In this document: in pieces, positions 30,194-40,210 of the stretch | Position numbering within the stretch: the first letter of the stretch is position 1 | Layout of the letters: the number at the start of each line of letters is the position of its first letter | DNA from: an uncultured Chthonomonadaceae bacterium | Lineage (GTDB): Bacteria > Armatimonadota > Chthonomonadetes > Chthonomonadales > Chthonomonadaceae | DNA: 64,000 bases | Reading direction: 5' to 3' | NCBI GenBank assembly: GCA_963835065.1 | Contig: CAWIEK010000042.1 | Span: 1 to 64,000 of the forward strand | Translations under genes and position numbers: made by a program | Notes under the pieces: model-generated | Told to the model about the DNA's origin: nothing | Seen by the model: the letters and a program-made list of their open reading frames with translations, nothing else | The model's database searches: none

Positions 30194-31345
30194 ATGGCAG
30201 CCGATACAGTACGATTTGGCATTGTGGGCACGGGCGGCATGGGGTCCGGGCACTGCAATATGATGGCGCAGATACCCGAAGCGAAACTCGCCGCGCTGTG
30301 CGACGTAAACCCGAACACGCTTCAACCCCTGGCGGCGAAGTACGACGTGCCCGCTTTTGCCACGCATCAGGAACTGCTGGACAGCGGGCTTGTGGACGCC
30401 GTGATTATCGCCACGCCGCACTATTTTCATCCGCCGATTGCCGAAGACGCTTTCGCAAAGGGAATTCATGTGCTGTCGGAAAAGCCCGTCGGCGTCACAG
30501 TGGGCGCGGTGGACAAGATGATCGCGGCGGCGAAAGTGTCCGGCCTGAAATTCGGGGCCATGTTCCAAATGCGGGCCGAACCGCAAAATCAGGCGGCAAA
30601 GCAGATCGCAGCGTCGGGCGTGTTGGGCAACATCTACCGCACCAGTCTGGTAATGGGCTGGTATCGCAGTCAGGCGTACTACAATTCGGGCGGCTGGCGG
30701 GCAACATGGGTGGGAGAGGGCGGCGGCGTACTCATCAATCAAGCCCCGCATTATCTCGACCTGTTCACCTGGCTCGGCGGCCTGCCACAAACCATTACGG
30801 GCAATGTCCGCACCCGGCTTCACGACATCGAAGTGGAAGACGAAGCGTTCGCCACACTGGAATACCCGAACGGCGCGCACGGCTATTTGTACGCCAGCAC
30901 AACGGAAGTTCCCGGCCATAACATGCTGGAAGTGTGCGGCGACCAGGGCAAAATCGTGCTGCACGGCAGTACCTTGAAGCACTACGCCGTAGACGGTTCC
31001 ATACGAGAGTTTACCACGAACGCGACGGAAATGTGGGGCAGTCCGAAGAGCGAGGAAGTGCCGGTCACGCTGTCGCCCGCGCCCACGCCCGGAGGCCATG
31101 CGGCTATTACCCGCAACTTCGCCCGCGCCATTCTGCACGGCGAACCGCTCATCGCGCCCGGCGAAGAGGGCTTGAACGCGGTAGAACTCATCAACGGCAT
31201 CATCCTGTCGGGCAAAACGAGTAAAACCGTGTCCGTGCCCGTTGATCGCGCCGAGTACGACGCCTTGATTGAAAAACTCAAAGCCTCCTCGCAGTCCAAG
31301 TCCGCGGTCGTCGAGCAGCGCGTGACGGACCCGGCATTTGCGTAG
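30194..31345 (+). CDS. Gfo/Idh/MocA oxidoreductase
   Basis: FGIVGTGGMG, HVLSEKP, GGGVLINQAPHYLD; AAGGAG RBS. Confidence 0.92.
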   Translation: MAADTVRFGIVGTGGMGSGHCNMMAQIPEAKLAALCDVNPNTLQPLAAKYDVPAFATHQELLDSGLVDAVIIATPHYFHPPIAEDAFAKGIHVLSEKPVGVTVGAVDKMIAAAKVSGLKFGAMFQMRAEPQNQAAKQIAASGVLGNIYRTSLVMGWYRSQAYYNSGGWRATWVGEGGGVLINQAPHYLDLFTWLGGLPQTITGNVRTRLHDIEVEDEAFATLEYPNGAHGYLYASTTEVPGHNMLEVCGDQGKIVLHGSTLKHYAVDGSIREFTTNATEMWGSPKSEEVPVTLSPAPTPGGHAAITRNFARAILHGEPLIAPGEEGLNAVELINGIILSGKTSKTVSVPVDRAEYDALIEKLKASSQSKSAVVEQRVTDPAFA

Positions 31346-31356
31346 CAGAAAGGGGA

Positions 31357-31490
31357 AGGCATTAGGCATCAGGCATTAGGCATTAGGCATTAGGAGAAGA
31401 GTCCCTCTTAACTCAGCATTCATGCTGGACGTTGGAAGTGATTCTACTTGTATCTGATGCCTAATGCCTAATGCCTAATGCCTAATGCCT
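31357..31490. repeat. Hairpin of inverted AGGCATT heptamer arrays (second copy)
   Basis: Same arm pattern AGGCATTAGGCATCAGGCATTAGGCATTAG as at 15762, with a different loop. Confidence 0.9.
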
Positions 31491-31499
31491 GCATTGCCT

Positions 31500-32733
31500 A
31501 TGACTTCGGGAGTCTTACCCTCACAATGGATACGGCAGGCGGTGGCGCGGGGCGTTATCGAAGCCGCGCAGCCGGTCAGCGAAGCGCAAATTCAGCCGAA
31601 CAGCCTGGACTTGCGCCTGGATGGCGTCGGGTATCGGGTTCAATGCAGTTTTCTGCCGGGGGAAGAGGGCATCCAGCAGAAACTGGCCCGCTACAAATGG
31701 TACGAGTTTCCCCTGCCCGATGAAGGCGTGGTTTTAGAGCGCAATCAGGCGTATATCTTTCCCCTGTGCGAGCATTTGCGCCTGACGGATGGGGTTTATG
31801 CCCGCGCCAATCCGAAAAGCACGACGGGGCGACTTGGATGTGTTTACCCGCCTGGTAACGGAATATGGCACGGCTTTTGATGAGGTTCCGCCGGGGTATG
31901 CGGGGCGCTTGTATCTGGAAGTGGTTCCGCGCTCGTTTGCCATTCGGGTTCGGACGGGCGACAGCCTGGCGCAAATCCGGTTTCAGGTCGGCAATCCGCA
32001 CCTGACGCGAGCGGAAACGGTTGCCCTGCTTGACAGCGAACATTTGATTTTGGACCCGCGCCTGCAAACCCTGCGCTCCCGCGACCTGCCGGTTGCCGAC
32101 GCGCTGGTGTTGTCCATCAGCCTGCCCAAAAAGAACGAGCCGCTTGTCGGCTATCAGGCGCGTCGGAACACGCCGCCCATTGACCTGCGGGCGATTGGCG
32201 GGGCGCGTATCAGCCACTATTGGGACCGGATACACGGCGGCAGCAAGCCCGTGATTCTGGAACCGGACGAGTTTTACATTTTCGCAAGCCGCGAACTGGT
32301 ACGCCTGCCGCCCGAATACTGCGCCGAAATGGTGGCCTTCGATGCCAGCAGCGGGGAAGTCCGCACCCACTACGCGGGCTTTTTCGACAGCGGCTTTGGC
32401 TACGGCGCAGAGCATAATGCCGACCAGACCGCCGCCGCCGTTGTCCTGGAAGTGCGCAGCCGGGACGTGCCGTTTTTAATTGAGGACGGGCAGCCCCTGT
32501 TCCGGGTTCACGTTCTGCGCAGCGTGGAGCCGCCGGATATTCTGTACGGCAGCCGCCTGGGTTCCAACTATCAGGGGCAGCGCCTGCGCCTGAGCAAGCA
32601 GTTCACCGGGACACCCGATGATGCGGAAGCCGACCCCGCGCAGCCCCGTCTTGACTTTTCCACAACGTCAGGAGAGAGGAACCGCGAAACACACGAACCA
32701 AACGAAAAGAGGAGGAAAGAGGAAAGGAAATAG
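31500..32733 (+). CDS. dcd: dCTP deaminase (long two-domain type), frameshift near 31835
   Basis: QIQPNSLDLRL, ANPKSTTGR/LDVFTRL, YLEVVPRSF, EVRTHYAGFFDSGFG, SNYQGQRLRLSKQF. Confidence 0.9.
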
Positions 32734-33130
32734 ACAGGATTAAACAGGATTACGAACTGAGATAACACGTCTGTTTGTTCTGAACTGGATGTTAAAATTA
32801 TAGAAAAGGATATGTAGAGGCAGCGTCGAAATCTTGGCAATGCAGCGCTTCCAGCCCGATGTCTCGTTGTGTCAAGTTGTAGAAGAGAGGCGTCGTGACC
32901 TCCGCAGCGTCAAGGCGAACGGGAGGGGTGAAACATAGGACTGGCACCTCCCTTCTTAAGTTGATAGTTGATAGGAACTCGGACGTTCAACCTTCCTGTC
33001 TGTACAGTAGACATTTGTACTATATAGACAGGGGGAAGGGGCAAAAGGTTCACCCTTTTTCGCGTTGTTTGGAGTTTTTCTGGAATTATTTTTTGAGGTG
33101 TGAAGACTGCCGACAAGAAACAGGAAGACG

Positions 33131-33703
33131 CTACTCCTGCCCGCCTGAAATTTGTATAACCTGTTCTGGTGCCTGCGCTTCTGCTGTTGCGACCTGAAAC
33201 AGTACGGGCGGTTGTGTCTGCATGGGGTGCGGGGAAGCGTGTGTCAGGCTGTCGGAAACGGGGGTATCCACAGTGTTTACATTGTCGTCAGTGGAGCGAA
33301 GCAGTTGATCGGCGGGGGTTTGCTGATCGTTTCGCGTGGCACGGAGCAAAATGTTTTGCTGTGCCTGCGCTGATGGGGAAGAAGCGCGTACCAGCGTTTG
33401 GGTGGGCGGCAGTAAGATCGCGTTCGCCTGAGTCAAAGGCAGCACTTCCTCCAGCCGCGCGGCCTGCCGGAGTTTCCCCATGCCGAGGCGACCCAACCGA
33501 AACGCCATGACCGCGAAGAACAGGGCGGCAATCCACCCGAACAGCCCGTAGTTTGCCGATGCCACGCCAACGGCCAGCGCAATGCAAATTAACACTTCCA
33601 CAAGGGAGAAAACGGCAGAGGTTCGCAATAACGCGCGGCTCGTTTGCGTCGCCGCGTATTCGCCCTTGCTGACAATTCGCTTATTGGTGGTTTTCGGCTC
33701 CAT
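33131..33703 (-). CDS. Two-TM membrane protein with MEPKT..KRIVSKGEY N-terminus and triple LLR tail (copy 1)
   Basis: Paralogous to 36758..37249 and 39236..39532; GGAGG RBS; tail TLVRASS..ILLRAT..TPADQLLRS. Confidence 0.8.
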   Translation of the reverse strand: MEPKTTNKRIVSKGEYAATQTSRALLRTSAVFSLVEVLICIALAVGVASANYGLFGWIAALFFAVMAFRLGRLGMGKLRQAARLEEVLPLTQANAILLPPTQTLVRASSPSAQAQQNILLRATRNDQQTPADQLLRSTDDNVNTVDTPVSDSLTHASPHPMQTQPPVLFQVATAEAQAPEQVIQISGGQE

Positions 33704-33735
33704 CCCTGCGCCTCCCCTGCCTGAAAACGGAATCC

Positions 33736-33915
33736 TCAAAAGCGGTCGCGGCGATACCAGAACGCGGCCCCGGCAGCCAGCCACACGCCTGCAATCAGGG
33801 CGGCTTTACTGCCGGTCGTCAGTTCCATTCCCATGCGGGGCATGACAAACAAAACGTATAGCGTCAGTAACAATCCGGCTGCCAGCTTTATCTTTTGTCT
33901 GCGGTTGATTCGCAT
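33736..33915 (-). CDS. 59-aa two-TM membrane protein
   Basis: Strong AGGAGGT RBS; two hydrophobic helices; directly upstream of LLR-tail copy 1. Confidence 0.65.
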   Translation of the reverse strand: MRINRRQKIKLAAGLLLTLYVLFVMPRMGMELTTGSKAALIAGVWLAAGAAFWYRRDRF

Positions 33916-34231
33916 TTGTTTACCTCCTGTCTTACTCATCTTCATCTGCCGAGCGCTTCCGGTTCGCCTCCCCTTGTATTTTCTACTTCCAGCTTTGAGT
34001 TTCCTGCTACTCCTGATAAACAGACAGAAGGGAAGAAGAGAAGAAGAGAAGCCGGTAACCTGGTCAATGCCCTGCGCAACCCTGTTTCTTGTGCGCATGT
34101 AGTGAAATTCTTGATAACTTAATCCTTCGGAGGCTTTCTTTTATAGTGTGCCCCGCGACAGGCGCGTTATCTGTAGTTTCTTAATAAATAGCGAGCCAGG
34201 ATAAAGCCTACCACGACGTAAGGATTTCAGA

Positions 34232-35470
34232 ATGTTTTTGCGCAAGATGCCCCCCGCCGGGCCGGTTCTGTTGTTGTTGCTTTTGCTGTCGCTCACGCCG
34301 TTATCATGCCACAGGCAGCCGGTGCTTGTGGCGGAGCCGAGTACAAGCCTCCCGGCGGATCAACCCCATGTTTCTGCGGATAGCGAAGAGAACCTCGTAG
34401 ACCAAATCGCGCCCGACCTCAAAGTAGATTACCTCATGGATGCCCGCGCGCACATGCCGTTTGTCGCTCTGGACGCTCCCCCAATGGTGAAAGCCTCCGA
34501 AACTGACTTCCTCAACGAACAGGAGACTGTGCTGGGCATTACTGAGGGAGGCGAAAGCCGCGCGTATCCTACCCGTTACCTGACGTTCCATCATGTCATC
34601 AATGACACGATTGGAACGCCACCGCGCGCCGCGCGTCCCATCGCCGTTACCTACTGCAACGTGTGCAGCGTCGGCATCTGCTACGATCCTGTAGTTTACG
34701 GCAAGACGCTGCTGTTTGACTTCTTCGGCATCTATAACGGCGTGGTAGCCTTGTGTGAGCGCCAGACGAAGGGCGTGTTCTTGCTGGCGGAGGGGCGCAT
34801 CGTGAGTGGTCCTCTGACGGGAACCCGCCTCAACACGATTGCTGCGCTGGATACTACCTGGGGCGCGTGGAAGCGGCTTCATCCCGATACACTCGTTATG
34901 TCGCCGCAAACGCCTTTCGCAAAGTATTACGGCTCTCCTGCGCAGCCTGTGAAACGGGTTGAAACCGGCTTTCCTGTTCCTTATTTTCAGGCGTCGGTCA
35001 CGCGCGGCGACACGCGCCTGCCTCCCTTCGAAACGGTACTGGCTCTGACCCTGCCCAACGACCCTCTACGCCAGGCGCCCTTACATCGCGCTTATCCTCT
35101 AAAGACGCTGCTGCAAGCGGGGAACGTGGTCAACGAAGTCTTCGGCAACAAACCTATAAGTGTGTTGCTGGACAAGCAAACCCAAACTGCCGTTGCTGTC
35201 TCGCGCCGTGTTGGGACACAAACCTTGACGCTGGAAGCCTCCAGGCAAGCGGGGGATACAAACGCCTTTTATGACCGCGAGACGGGCACGCGCTGGAACG
35301 TGGAAGGCCGAGGAGAAGCAGGGCCGTTGAAAGGCAAAGCGCTTGCGCGGCTGGACAGTCATATAAGCCAGTGGTACGGTTGGGCGGCTTCTTTCCCGGA
35401 TACCACCATCTATGGCCGTAACGATCCACCCCAACCGGGCAATCCTTTCAGGAGAATGGAATCTCCGTAG
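34232..35470 (+). CDS. DUF3179 family secreted/lipoprotein
   Basis: SRAYP..HHVIND..IAVTYCNVC, TTWGAWKRLHPDTLV, DRETGTRWN..G..GPLKG, WYGWAASFPDT. Confidence 0.85.
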   Translation: MFLRKMPPAGPVLLLLLLLSLTPLSCHRQPVLVAEPSTSLPADQPHVSADSEENLVDQIAPDLKVDYLMDARAHMPFVALDAPPMVKASETDFLNEQETVLGITEGGESRAYPTRYLTFHHVINDTIGTPPRAARPIAVTYCNVCSVGICYDPVVYGKTLLFDFFGIYNGVVALCERQTKGVFLLAEGRIVSGPLTGTRLNTIAALDTTWGAWKRLHPDTLVMSPQTPFAKYYGSPAQPVKRVETGFPVPYFQASVTRGDTRLPPFETVLALTLPNDPLRQAPLHRAYPLKTLLQAGNVVNEVFGNKPISVLLDKQTQTAVAVSRRVGTQTLTLEASRQAGDTNAFYDRETGTRWNVEGRGEAGPLKGKALARLDSHISQWYGWAASFPDTTIYGRNDPPQPGNPFRRMESP

Positions 35471-35638
35471 GCGGCACGCGGTAATGGGCAAACGCCGCCT
35501 GATTTACCGGGAACTTCAAGCGAAAGCAGGAACCAGAAAGATTTTTGAGGATAAATCACGGATTGGCAAACGCAGAGGTGAGATGCCGAACGAAGCAGTA
35601 TGTTTGAGATAGAAACCGAACGAAACCTGAATAACCAA

Positions 35639-35711
35639 TGGAGCTGAGGGGATTCGAACCCCTGACCTCTTCGATGCGAACGAAGCGCTCTCCCAACTGA
35701 GCCACAGCCCC
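35639..35711 (-). tRNA. tRNA-Ala (anticodon CGC), CCA not encoded
   Basis: GGGGCTGTGGCTCAGTTGGGAGAGCGCTTCGTTCGCATCGAAGAGGTCAGGGGTTCGAATCCCCTCAGCTCCA folds as a cloverleaf with a G3:U70 pair. Confidence 0.96.
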
Positions 35712-35730
35712 GACTTCCAAACACAAGTTT

Positions 35731-35760
35731 AGTATACTCCTGAGACGTGGAAAATGTCAA
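35731..35760 (-). promoter_or_regulatory. sigma70 promoter of tRNA-Ala
   Basis: TTGACA-18 nt-TATACT, 19 nt upstream of the tRNA. Confidence 0.7.
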
Positions 35761-35939
35761 GCAGGTTTTTGATTGCGGCGGCAGGAAGGCGGCGCAAAAA
35801 GATTTGCGCGGCTAGAGGAGCATTTCAGGCACTGTTGCCGTTGCGCCTGCTTGCCGCGTTCTTATTTGTTGCCGCCCGTTTGCCGCATTGATTTTATGTC
35901 GTCAGCAGGAGTTTGGTAACGGATAGAGAATGTAGGGGC

Positions 35940-36725
35940 ATGAAACATCGTCGCGTCCTAATTTTATCTTTGCTTGTTGTCGCGCTGGTGGGCGGCTGTG
36001 GCTGGTGGGCGTGGCAGGCGAAACGGCAGTATGCGCTTGATCGGGAGTTGATTGCGGCTCTGGTGAAAAATGACAGCAATCAGGCGGCTGCACTGGTCCA
36101 TGCCGGCGCTGATCCTAATACGCGCTACGCCCCGTCGCTCTCGCCTGCCTTCAAACTGCTAGTCAACCAATTGCTGCGCCGCTCCTTCGTTCCCGCGCAC
36201 CCCACTCCTACTGCCTTTATGATCGTTTGTGGAGTGCCGTTTTATGATCCGGCGGATGCAAGAGTCACCTATACGTACCGGGAAGATTTGCCCTTGGCCC
36301 GCGCCATGCTGGAGCATGGAGCAGATTGCAACGCAGAAGGCGGGTATAATCGGTCTGCGCTTACCTGGGCTGTGATTACTCCCAATCCTAGAACGGCGCA
36401 GTTGCTTTTGGAACACGGCGCGAACGTCAACGCTCAAGATTACGACGGCTACGTACCACTCATGTGGGCTGTGATGAGGAACAATACGAATATGACACGC
36501 CTGCTGCTCACACATAGCGCAAACCTCCATACACAGGACGCACAGGGAGAAACGGCTCTGGAATTGGCTGTTGTATCGCAGGATGCGAAAATCGTCATTC
36601 CCGAACTGCTGGCGCATGGAGCCGACCCGAACCATGCGGACAGGTATGGCACGACCCCGATCATGCTTGCACACCAGCTTCACTATCTCGAAATTGAAGC
36701 GCTGCTGCGCAAAGACGCAAAATAG
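35940..36725 (+). CDS. Signal-anchored ankyrin repeat protein (cassette A)
   Basis: MKHRRVLILSLLVVALVGGCGWWAW anchor; LLEHGANVNAQDYDGYVPLMWA-type ankyrin repeats. Confidence 0.9.
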   Translation: MKHRRVLILSLLVVALVGGCGWWAWQAKRQYALDRELIAALVKNDSNQAAALVHAGADPNTRYAPSLSPAFKLLVNQLLRRSFVPAHPTPTAFMIVCGVPFYDPADARVTYTYREDLPLARAMLEHGADCNAEGGYNRSALTWAVITPNPRTAQLLLEHGANVNAQDYDGYVPLMWAVMRNNTNMTRLLLTHSANLHTQDAQGETALELAVVSQDAKIVIPELLAHGADPNHADRYGTTPIMLAHQLHYLEIEALLRKDAK

Positions 36726-36757
36726 AACAAAGGGCGCAGAGGCAGGAGGGCGCAGGG

Positions 36758-37249
36758 ATGGAGCCGAAGACGGGCAAGCGGATTGTCAGCAAGGGCGAGT
36801 ATGTCAGGGCAAAGGGAATAGGGTTGAGCCTGCGCGTTTCCAGCAGAGGGTTCATGGCACTGGCAATTTGCTGCGCTTGTTTTGCGGCAGTGATGTTTTC
36901 GTGTTTCGCATGTAGTATTGTTGTATTTTTCATGATGCTATTTAGCGGCAGGAATGCGTGGTCTATGCCTCTCACGGCTCTCTACTTTCTTCTGGCGAGT
37001 GGGCTATCCGGCGCAGTCGGCATAGGTTTCGCGCGTCTGTGCTGGGCCAGTAGAAGCCGCGCAGAACGAATTGAGAATATCGTTCTATTTACCCACGCCA
37101 ACACTGCCGATCTACCCGCGCCTGACAGTTTGGTACGCGCTTCTTCGGAGCCGTTGCAGGCACAGGAGGCCGTGTTACTCCGAGCCGCTACGGAGGGGCA
37201 GGAGAGGCATGAGGATGAGTTGTTAAGGGCGTCTGTGGGAGGCAATTAG
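36758..37249 (+). CDS. Two-TM membrane protein with triple LLR tail (copy 2)
   Basis: MEPKTGKRIVSKGEY, two TM helices, SLVRASS..VLLRAA..DELLRAS. Confidence 0.82.
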   Translation: MEPKTGKRIVSKGEYVRAKGIGLSLRVSSRGFMALAICCACFAAVMFSCFACSIVVFFMMLFSGRNAWSMPLTALYFLLASGLSGAVGIGFARLCWASRSRAERIENIVLFTHANTADLPAPDSLVRASSEPLQAQEAVLLRAATEGQERHEDELLRASVGGN

Positions 37250-37252
37250 ACT

Positions 37253-37480
37253 ATGGAAACGCTCAATCTCATCAGGATATACATACAGATATTTGTTCTG
37301 ATGACCTTTGTATTCTTCTTGCACCTTTTCGGGTGTGTGGTTGGCTGGCTCTTTCGCCTCCCCGTCATACCCGTAGGCTGCACATATTCGATGGGTGCAG
37401 ACAATCTCTGCTGCCGTTATCCTCGTGCTTTCAACCGAGTTGAACAGTACATCCTGTTCAGAATATTTCCCGGCGACTAA
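37253..37480 (+). CDS. Small hydrophobic hypothetical protein
   Basis: Starts 3 nt after the previous stop; one TM segment. Confidence 0.4.
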   Translation: METLNLIRIYIQIFVLMTFVFFLHLFGCVVGWLFRLPVIPVGCTYSMGADNLCCRYPRAFNRVEQYILFRIFPGD

Positions 37481-37540
37481 ACTTTGCTCTCCATCCCTGC
37501 TGTGCGAGACGATGAGGCGGTAAAGAAACGAGGGCAGAAA

Positions 37541-38107
37541 ATGAAAACGGGGCTGTCACGTTTCTGGTACAGGTTTAAGAACTGGTTTCGCACAAAGCCG
37601 GGGTTGGGGGAGCCGTTGACGTTCTTGTGTGGTTCGGAAGAAGAACTGCGGCGGGTGACAACATGGATTTGCCATGCAAATCCACAACTCTTTCAAGAAA
37701 CTCCCAGAGTAGGTGTCGCTTACATAGCGGTGAACGACGAGTGCCATGGCAAGGGAAGAACAGGGCTTCCGACACTATATCCGCCAACATCGTTGTCCAC
37801 CAGGTATTGTGAATTGCTACAAACGTTGTGCAATCTGGCTTGGCGGAACAATCAGTTTACTGGTACGCATTGGAACTTCTTCAATGACGATGAACGGGAG
37901 TACGTGCAATATGCTTGCAACCGTGGAGGCTTCCCTCGTTCTATGGGGATCATCGAGCATAGACATCAGGTAGTGGTTGGCGTAAAACAACCCTCTGCTC
38001 ACGAACGCGCCGAAGCCCTGCTTGCCCTCTCCGAATGGCTGGACGGCAAAGTGAGCGAACAGGAAAAACGCAAACTCCTCCAATTGCCCGATGATTTTGA
38101 GTTTTGA
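37541..38107 (+). CDS. Hypothetical protein
   Basis: 188-aa ORF, lower GC than flanks; no family recognised. Confidence 0.55.
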   Translation: MKTGLSRFWYRFKNWFRTKPGLGEPLTFLCGSEEELRRVTTWICHANPQLFQETPRVGVAYIAVNDECHGKGRTGLPTLYPPTSLSTRYCELLQTLCNLAWRNNQFTGTHWNFFNDDEREYVQYACNRGGFPRSMGIIEHRHQVVVGVKQPSAHERAEALLALSEWLDGKVSEQEKRKLLQLPDDFEF

Positions 38108-38397
38108 CCACCGCCTTCAATCTTGCCCCGGCCCAAAATCCCCGCGCCCGACAGCCCCTAATTCCCTTTCCTGTGTGTCGGCTGCCACCCTAACTCGAAA
38201 AGAAATGGCAGGTGTGGGAAACACGGCGGACAAGCGGCATAAAGGATTGCGCAGGTGGCGAGGGATATTACCATGCCCTGCTTTCACTATGCCCACTTGC
38301 CATGTTTTTGTTTGCATACCGTCCATCCGCTACATTCAATTGTCCATTCCCGCTGTTGTCAGCAGGAGTTTGGTGGACGGCGGCGAATGTAGGGAGT

Positions 38398-39201
38398 ATG
38401 AAGATACGTCGGCCACTAATTCTCTCGTTGCTTATTGTCGCGCTGCTGGTGGGCGGCTGTGGCCTGTGGGTGTGGCAGGCGAAACGGCAGTATGCGCTTG
38501 ATCGGGAGTTGATTGCCGCTCTTAAACAGAACGACACCAAACAAGCGCTGGTTCTTGTCAATGCGGGAGCCGACCCCAACACGCGCTTGATGCCGACGCC
38601 CGCGCCGACGCTTAAACAACTCCTGCAACGATGCCTGCGCCATAGGCCTTGCCTGTCGCTGATAGCCCCACCGCGTTCATGGCCTGTGCGGATGTGGTCT
38701 GGGCGCAAAACGATTCCGTAATGGGCGGTAGAGGTTAAGGAGGATGTGCCATTGATACGGCCATGCTCCTGAACGGGGCGGACGTGAACGCGAGGACGAC
38801 TTACAGAGAGCCTGGCCTGATTTACACGAACTGTTCTGCTAGGCGCTGTTCTCAATCAGCATGCGGCTGCGTGTTCAAGTGTTATTGGAACACGGGGCAA
38901 GGGTCAACGAACCGGCTTTGAATGGAACGACGGCCTTGATGATTGCTGCAAGCGATGGTATGAACAGAAAGGCATATACGCGCATTGTTGGCGCATGGGG
39001 CGAACGTCCGAGCCGCAAATAGCGATGGAGACACGGCCCTGCATTGGGCTGTACGGAGGACAGGGATATTGTAGAGGCAACTATTGGCGCATGGAGCCGA
39101 TCCGTAACCTTCCCAATAAACGTGGCGAGACAGCCATCACGTGGGCACAACGGGAACACCGTCCTGACATCGTAGCCTTGCTCCGAAAAGGCGGGAAGTA
39201 G
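38398..39201 (+). pseudogene. Signal-anchored ankyrin repeat protein (cassette B), multiple frameshifts
   Basis: N-terminus near-identical to 35940 (WQAKRQYALDRELIAAL); ankyrin pieces in several frames, ending ..GETAITWAQREHRPDIVALLRKGGK. Confidence 0.75.
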
Positions 39202-39235
39202 CACAAGAAGAAGGGTAGAGGCAGGAGGCGAAGGG

Positions 39236-39532
39236 ATGGAGCCGGCGAAAACGGGCAAGCGGATTGTCAGCAAGAGCGAGTATGTTCAGACACAGGGAAA
39301 GCGAACGGGACTGCGGGTATGGGGTATCTGCTTGTTTGGTTTTACCGTAATTTTTGCTTTGCAAGCCGCATCCTGCATGATGAATCTACTCTATCACCTG
39401 TTTTATGGAGCAAATAGAATTCTCGCCGTATCCGTTTACACCGTCTTTTTTCTCCTGACGGGAGCGGGGAGTTGCTTCTGTCGCAGATGGGGTCAGAACG
39501 CTATGGAGCGGGCGGCAACACTGGATACATGA
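39236..39532 (+). CDS. LLR-tail family copy 3, truncated before the tail
   Basis: MEPAKTGKRIVSKSEY plus two TM helices; stops at ERAATLDT, 13 nt before the next gene. Confidence 0.7.
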   Translation: MEPAKTGKRIVSKSEYVQTQGKRTGLRVWGICLFGFTVIFALQAASCMMNLLYHLFYGANRILAVSVYTVFFLLTGAGSCFCRRWGQNAMERAATLDT

Positions 39533-39545
39533 TTGGAGCCAAAGA

Positions 39546-40061
39546 ATGCCCGGAGCGCGCGCTCACGATATAATAACTCTGCTGACGGCTGCTGCCGCTG
39601 ACGGCGCGTATTTTGCGTTGGCTCCCCATCCCAACACTAATTACGCCGCGCTGTTTACCATTTCCTACCTGTTTGCCGGGTATGCCTGCGCGGGCGATCT
39701 GGATTTGGACAGCCGGGAATACCGGCGTTGGGGATTGCTGCGTTTTATCTGGAAGCCGTATCAAGCTCTGGTTCCGCACCGCTCGTGGGTGTCGCACGGC
39801 CTGATTTTGGGCGGCGTGATCCGGGCGGCGTATCTGGCGATTGTCACGACGCTGCTCGGCTGTCTCCTCGTCTGGCTGATCAGCCGTTTGGGACCGCATC
39901 TGGACGCGACCCAATTGGCGGAGCAGCAGTGGCAATCCCTGTTCGCGTTGGCGCAGTCGCGTCCGCAGGAAACGCTTGCCCTGTCGAGCGGTTTTGTCCT
40001 TGCCGGAACCACGCACTCGCTTGCCGACATTATCTGGTCGGGCTTGAAACGCCGTTTTTAA
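39546..40061 (+). CDS. DUF2227-like putative metal-binding membrane protein
   Basis: MPGARAHD..DLDLDS..RWGLLRFIWKPY..HRSWVSHG..HSLAD. Confidence 0.82.
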   Translation: MPGARAHDIITLLTAAAADGAYFALAPHPNTNYAALFTISYLFAGYACAGDLDLDSREYRRWGLLRFIWKPYQALVPHRSWVSHGLILGGVIRAAYLAIVTTLLGCLLVWLISRLGPHLDATQLAEQQWQSLFALAQSRPQETLALSSGFVLAGTTHSLADIIWSGLKRRF

Positions 40062-40210
40062 CGGCGCGTCAGAACGTAAAACTATCAAAAGAAAGGCGCT
40101 CAAGAAACGTTTTCTCGTGAAGAGTAGGTTTGGTTTGGAGCATCATCGGGTATACTGGAAAATGAAGCAAATATCGCTTGTACTCGTTGCCTGACGCAGG
40201 ATGTGAAACA

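Noticed and set aside
30032..31369. 445-aa minus-strand ORF and similar long antisense ORFs (13245, 22574, 27567, 60107, 62152)
   Set aside because: Shadow frames of well-supported genes in GC-rich DNA, with no motifs of their own.
33131..39532. Integrative element or prophage at tRNA-Ala
   Set aside because: No integrase or phage genes, and no duplicated tRNA 3' end (att) found by eye.
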